Source: Candidatus Poribacteria bacterium (GTDB lineage: Bacteria; Poribacteria; WGA-4E; JAJDTR01). Taken from it: 64,000 nt of DNA. The translations under genes were made by a program, and so were the position numbers. The stretch is taken from assembly GCA_965222225.1 (NCBI GenBank), contig CBDCTK010000002.1, positions 2,784,001 through 2,848,000 on the forward strand, in the 5' to 3' direction. The notes beneath the pieces are model-generated. The model saw only the letters and a list, made by a program, of their open reading frames with translations, was not told where the DNA came from and searched no databases. Positions 61,288 through 64,000 of the stretch are shown here, piece after piece (position 1 is the first letter of the stretch; every line of letters starts with the position of its first letter).

Positions 61288-64000
61288 GTGCCAAGCGAAC
61301 AATTTGAACGCATTCAGAAAATCCGGCACGAATTTCATCCGGCGAGCGAGAGAGTTAGAGACAGCCTGAACAGTGCGATTAAACATCTCGCAGACGGGCT
61401 TTATAGCCGAAATCCCCATTTTATCTTTGAGTTAATTCAGAACGCTGAAGACAATACATACGATAATCCTTCGCCTTCTCTCTCGTTTTGTTTGGCGAAA
61501 ATTGATCCGACCGGTACCGATGCAGCCGATGGCGCACTGATTATCGAAAACAATGAAACCGGCTTTACTAGCGAGAACGTGAATGCGATTTGCCAGATCG
61601 GTAAAACAACAAAGGAAAAGGCACAAGGCTATATCGGGGAAAAAGGGATAGGTTTCAAATCGGTCTTTCTCGTGACGGATAGTCCCCACATTTTTTCCAA
61701 CGGCTACCATTTCTGTTTACCTGAGCGCGACGAGGAAACTGGCTTTGGGTACATTGTGCCTCAATGGATTAAGCTGCCGGAAGGATTAGACCCCACTCAA
61801 ACCCATATTATCCTACCGCTAACGAAACCTGATTTTGGTTACGATCAAATTGAAGAAATGCTTCTTGAAATTGAGCCGGAAACCGTCCTTTTTCTTTCAA
61901 AACTGCAAGAAATTCGTATTAAGACGGACAGCGGCACAGATCTTTCAGTGTTAAAAAACGATTCCGCTATGCCGAAAGTTGAAATCCTAGTTGAAGGCAG
62001 GAAACAAGGCAGGTCCTTCTCTAAGGTTGATGAATTCTTAGTATGCACTGAAACCGTTAACAAACCCGAGGATATTCATCATGAAAAACGGAAAGGAATA
62101 GAAAACCGAGAAATTTCAGTCGCTTTTCCGTTAAATGAAAATTCTGCAAGTGCGGGAAAGATTTTTGCCTATTTGCCTGTGCGTTCTGACACGGGGTTTC
62201 CGTTTTTGATTAACGCTGATTTCATTCTTCCGAGTTCCCGCGAGGATATTCAGCAGGATGTATCTTGGAATCATTGGTTGATGGAATGTGTCGCGGACTT
62301 GGTGGCATTTGACGTACTACCTCTCTTAAAAGAGAAGCAACTCTTGACCGCCACCCTGTTGGACACACTTGCACGCAGGCTGTATGAAATTTCATCAGAT
62401 AAAGACGGATTGTATTATCCAATCCACGAGAGGGTATGTACTGCCTTGGCAAATAAAGCGTTTCTTCCAGCGCATGATGGGACGTTTGTCTCTGCGTCAA
62501 ACGCCAAGTTGGCGCGCGGGGATGCCATCAGAAACCTCCTCAGCCACAAGCAGTTAGGTGACTTGCTTGAACCCGCGCATGAACTCAAGTGGCTGTCCGA
62601 TGACATCACCGAAGGTCGCACGCCTGCGCTCCGAATCCTTGTCATGCAACTAGGCGTAGAGGAGGTCCGTCCGCCCTTGTTCGTCAGCAGACTGTCTGAG
62701 CAATTCCTCGCGCAACAATCTGACGAATGGTTTATCAGATTCTACAGATTTTTGTCAGATCACTCTAAAGATTTGCGTTCCCAACTGCCTACCAAGCCTA
62801 TTTTACGCCTTCAAGACGAGACACACGTCACTCCACCACGTGGGGACAGTTCTTCACCAAGCGTATACTTGGCAAGCGAAGCGGATACCGATATGCCGTC
62901 CCGCAAAATTAAGGTGGAGCTAACCCAGGACGAAGAAGTTCGAAACTTTTTGCGGGAGTTAGGAGTGCGGGAAAGGGAGATTGTTGACGATGTCATTGAG
63001 CATATCCTCCCCAAGTATGAATGCGGTAACCGAATAATTCTTGTTGAGGAGCACAGAATCGATTTTGAAAAAATCAAACGTGCATGCAAAACGGACTCGC
63101 AGGCTAATAAGACGCGACTGCAGCAAAGGTTACGGCAAACGCCGTTTGTCCTTGTGGAAAACACGCATGTGGAGAGACCAATATACCGCAAACCAAATCA
63201 ACTCTACTTTGCGTCCGATGAACTACGCTTGTATTTTGCAGGCAATGATTCCCGCGCGTTTGTCAATCTTGATGAATATCCAGATTCTGCACGGGAATTG
63301 CTTCAGGATTTATGCGTAACATGTATCATAAGAGTAGAAAAAAGACCAAGAGATTTCCATGGGCACATCATTTTGTACAGAGAATGGGGGCGGCACGCGA
63401 GAGGACTTGATGGATTCGATCCCGACATACAAGTCGATGGATTGGAACGCGCTTTGATTGACCCAAATGGCCCAAAAAGTGAATTTATCTGGAATTACAT
63501 CGCTAAACCTAATTCTAATTGTATTCGGGGAATCGTGGAGAACTCAACAAACCAGGATTACAGGGGAAGTTCGACAGAAGAACACATATCCGAAGATTTC
63601 GGGCGCCTGTTGATCGAAACAGCATGGTTACCAGATTCTGCAGGAAATATGCGTAGACCGTGCGAACTGACTCTCAATGATCTTCCTGAATCGTTTGAGC
63701 GAGATCCGAACTTAGCGGAAAAACTAGGTTTGAAAAAGGATGAGGTGGCAGAACTCGCGGAAAAAACTGGGATTCCGCTAAAGGTTATCGAAGTTCTGAA
63801 AAAACCGGGAATGTCAGAGAGATTTGAAGAATTTCTGGCGCGAGAGAGCGCAGACCAAGTAGATTCGACTAGCCCAATATCGAGCAATCCGGCGTTCCCA
63901 AAGAGCCCTGTGAAAAACCCAGAACGTCGGGCGGCCATGCTTGCCAAAGAATTGGGAAATTTGCCTGACAAAGAGTATAAGCGAATCTTAAGATCTGTGC
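61288..64000 (+). CDS. Sacsin/NO-VEIN-like GHKL ATPase-domain protein, 3' end beyond window
   Basis: Not in ORF track. GTG 61288 after AAGGAGG; LYSRNPHFIFELIQNAEDN...NNETGF...IGEKGIGFKSVF...FAYLP...PFLINADFILPSSRE. Confidence 0.85.
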   Translation, partial: MPSEQFERIQKIRHEFHPASERVRDSLNSAIKHLADGLYSRNPHFIFELIQNAEDNTYDNPSPSLSFCLAKIDPTGTDAADGALIIENNETGFTSENVNAICQIGKTTKEKAQGYIGEKGIGFKSVFLVTDSPHIFSNGYHFCLPERDEETGFGYIVPQWIKLPEGLDPTQTHIILPLTKPDFGYDQIEEMLLEIEPETVLFLSKLQEIRIKTDSGTDLSVLKNDSAMPKVEILVEGRKQGRSFSKVDEFLVCTETVNKPEDIHHEKRKGIENREISVAFPLNENSASAGKIFAYLPVRSDTGFPFLINADFILPSSREDIQQDVSWNHWLMECVADLVAFDVLPLLKEKQLLTATLLDTLARRLYEISSDKDGLYYPIHERVCTALANKAFLPAHDGTFVSASNAKLARGDAIRNLLSHKQLGDLLEPAHELKWLSDDITEGRTPALRILVMQLGVEEVRPPLFVSRLSEQFLAQQSDEWFIRFYRFLSDHSKDLRSQLPTKPILRLQDETHVTPPRGDSSSPSVYLASEADTDMPSRKIKVELTQDEEVRNFLRELGVREREIVDDVIEHILPKYECGNRIILVEEHRIDFEKIKRACKTDSQANKTRLQQRLRQTPFVLVENTHVERPIYRKPNQLYFASDELRLYFAGNDSRAFVNLDEYPDSARELLQDLCVTCIIRVEKRPRDFHGHIILYREWGRHARGLDGFDPDIQVDGLERALIDPNGPKSEFIWNYIAKPNSNCIRGIVENSTNQDYRGSSTEEHISEDFGRLLIETAWLPDSAGNMRRPCELTLNDLPESFERDPNLAEKLGLKKDEVAELAEKTGIPLKVIEVLKKPGMSERFEEFLARESADQVDSTSPISSNPAFPKSPVKNPERRAAMLAKELGNLPDKEYKRILRSV

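Overview
Bacterial chromosomal window. The C-terminal 'NFPNxFNPETWIPYQL...YWNGKN...GVYFY' domain, WD40 and ankyrin proteins and a PhyH dioxygenase suggest a Ca. Poribacteria-like genome (inference, not verified). An intact housekeeping core (dcd, sigma54/NtrC-type glnA-glnB, tRNA-Leu(GAG), moaA-sufCBD-grx-sufSU-Rieske-sufT-DUF971/rhodanese, modC, copA) is interleaved with four accessory layers. (i) A 7-kb cluster of small VOC/GyrI/AlkD/SRPBCC detoxification genes. (ii) Four candidate anti-phage loci: an SF1 helicase at the left edge, ABC-ATPase + DUF4276, an Avs4-like STAND NTPase, and SNF2 helicase + sacsin/NOV-like GHKL protein at the right edge; the two edge genes are missing from the ORF track. 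(iii) Decaying secreted-protein genes. (iv) Dense intergenic repeats. The most striking unexplained signal is a ~35-bp element, TCAA-NN-GA-NN-G-RATA-NN-GA-NN-G-CGATAG-NNN-TCCC, with more than 15 copies. It inserts immediately 3' of GA without target duplication into REP palindromes and into itself, and carries four hypervariable dinucleotides in a near-fixed scaffold.
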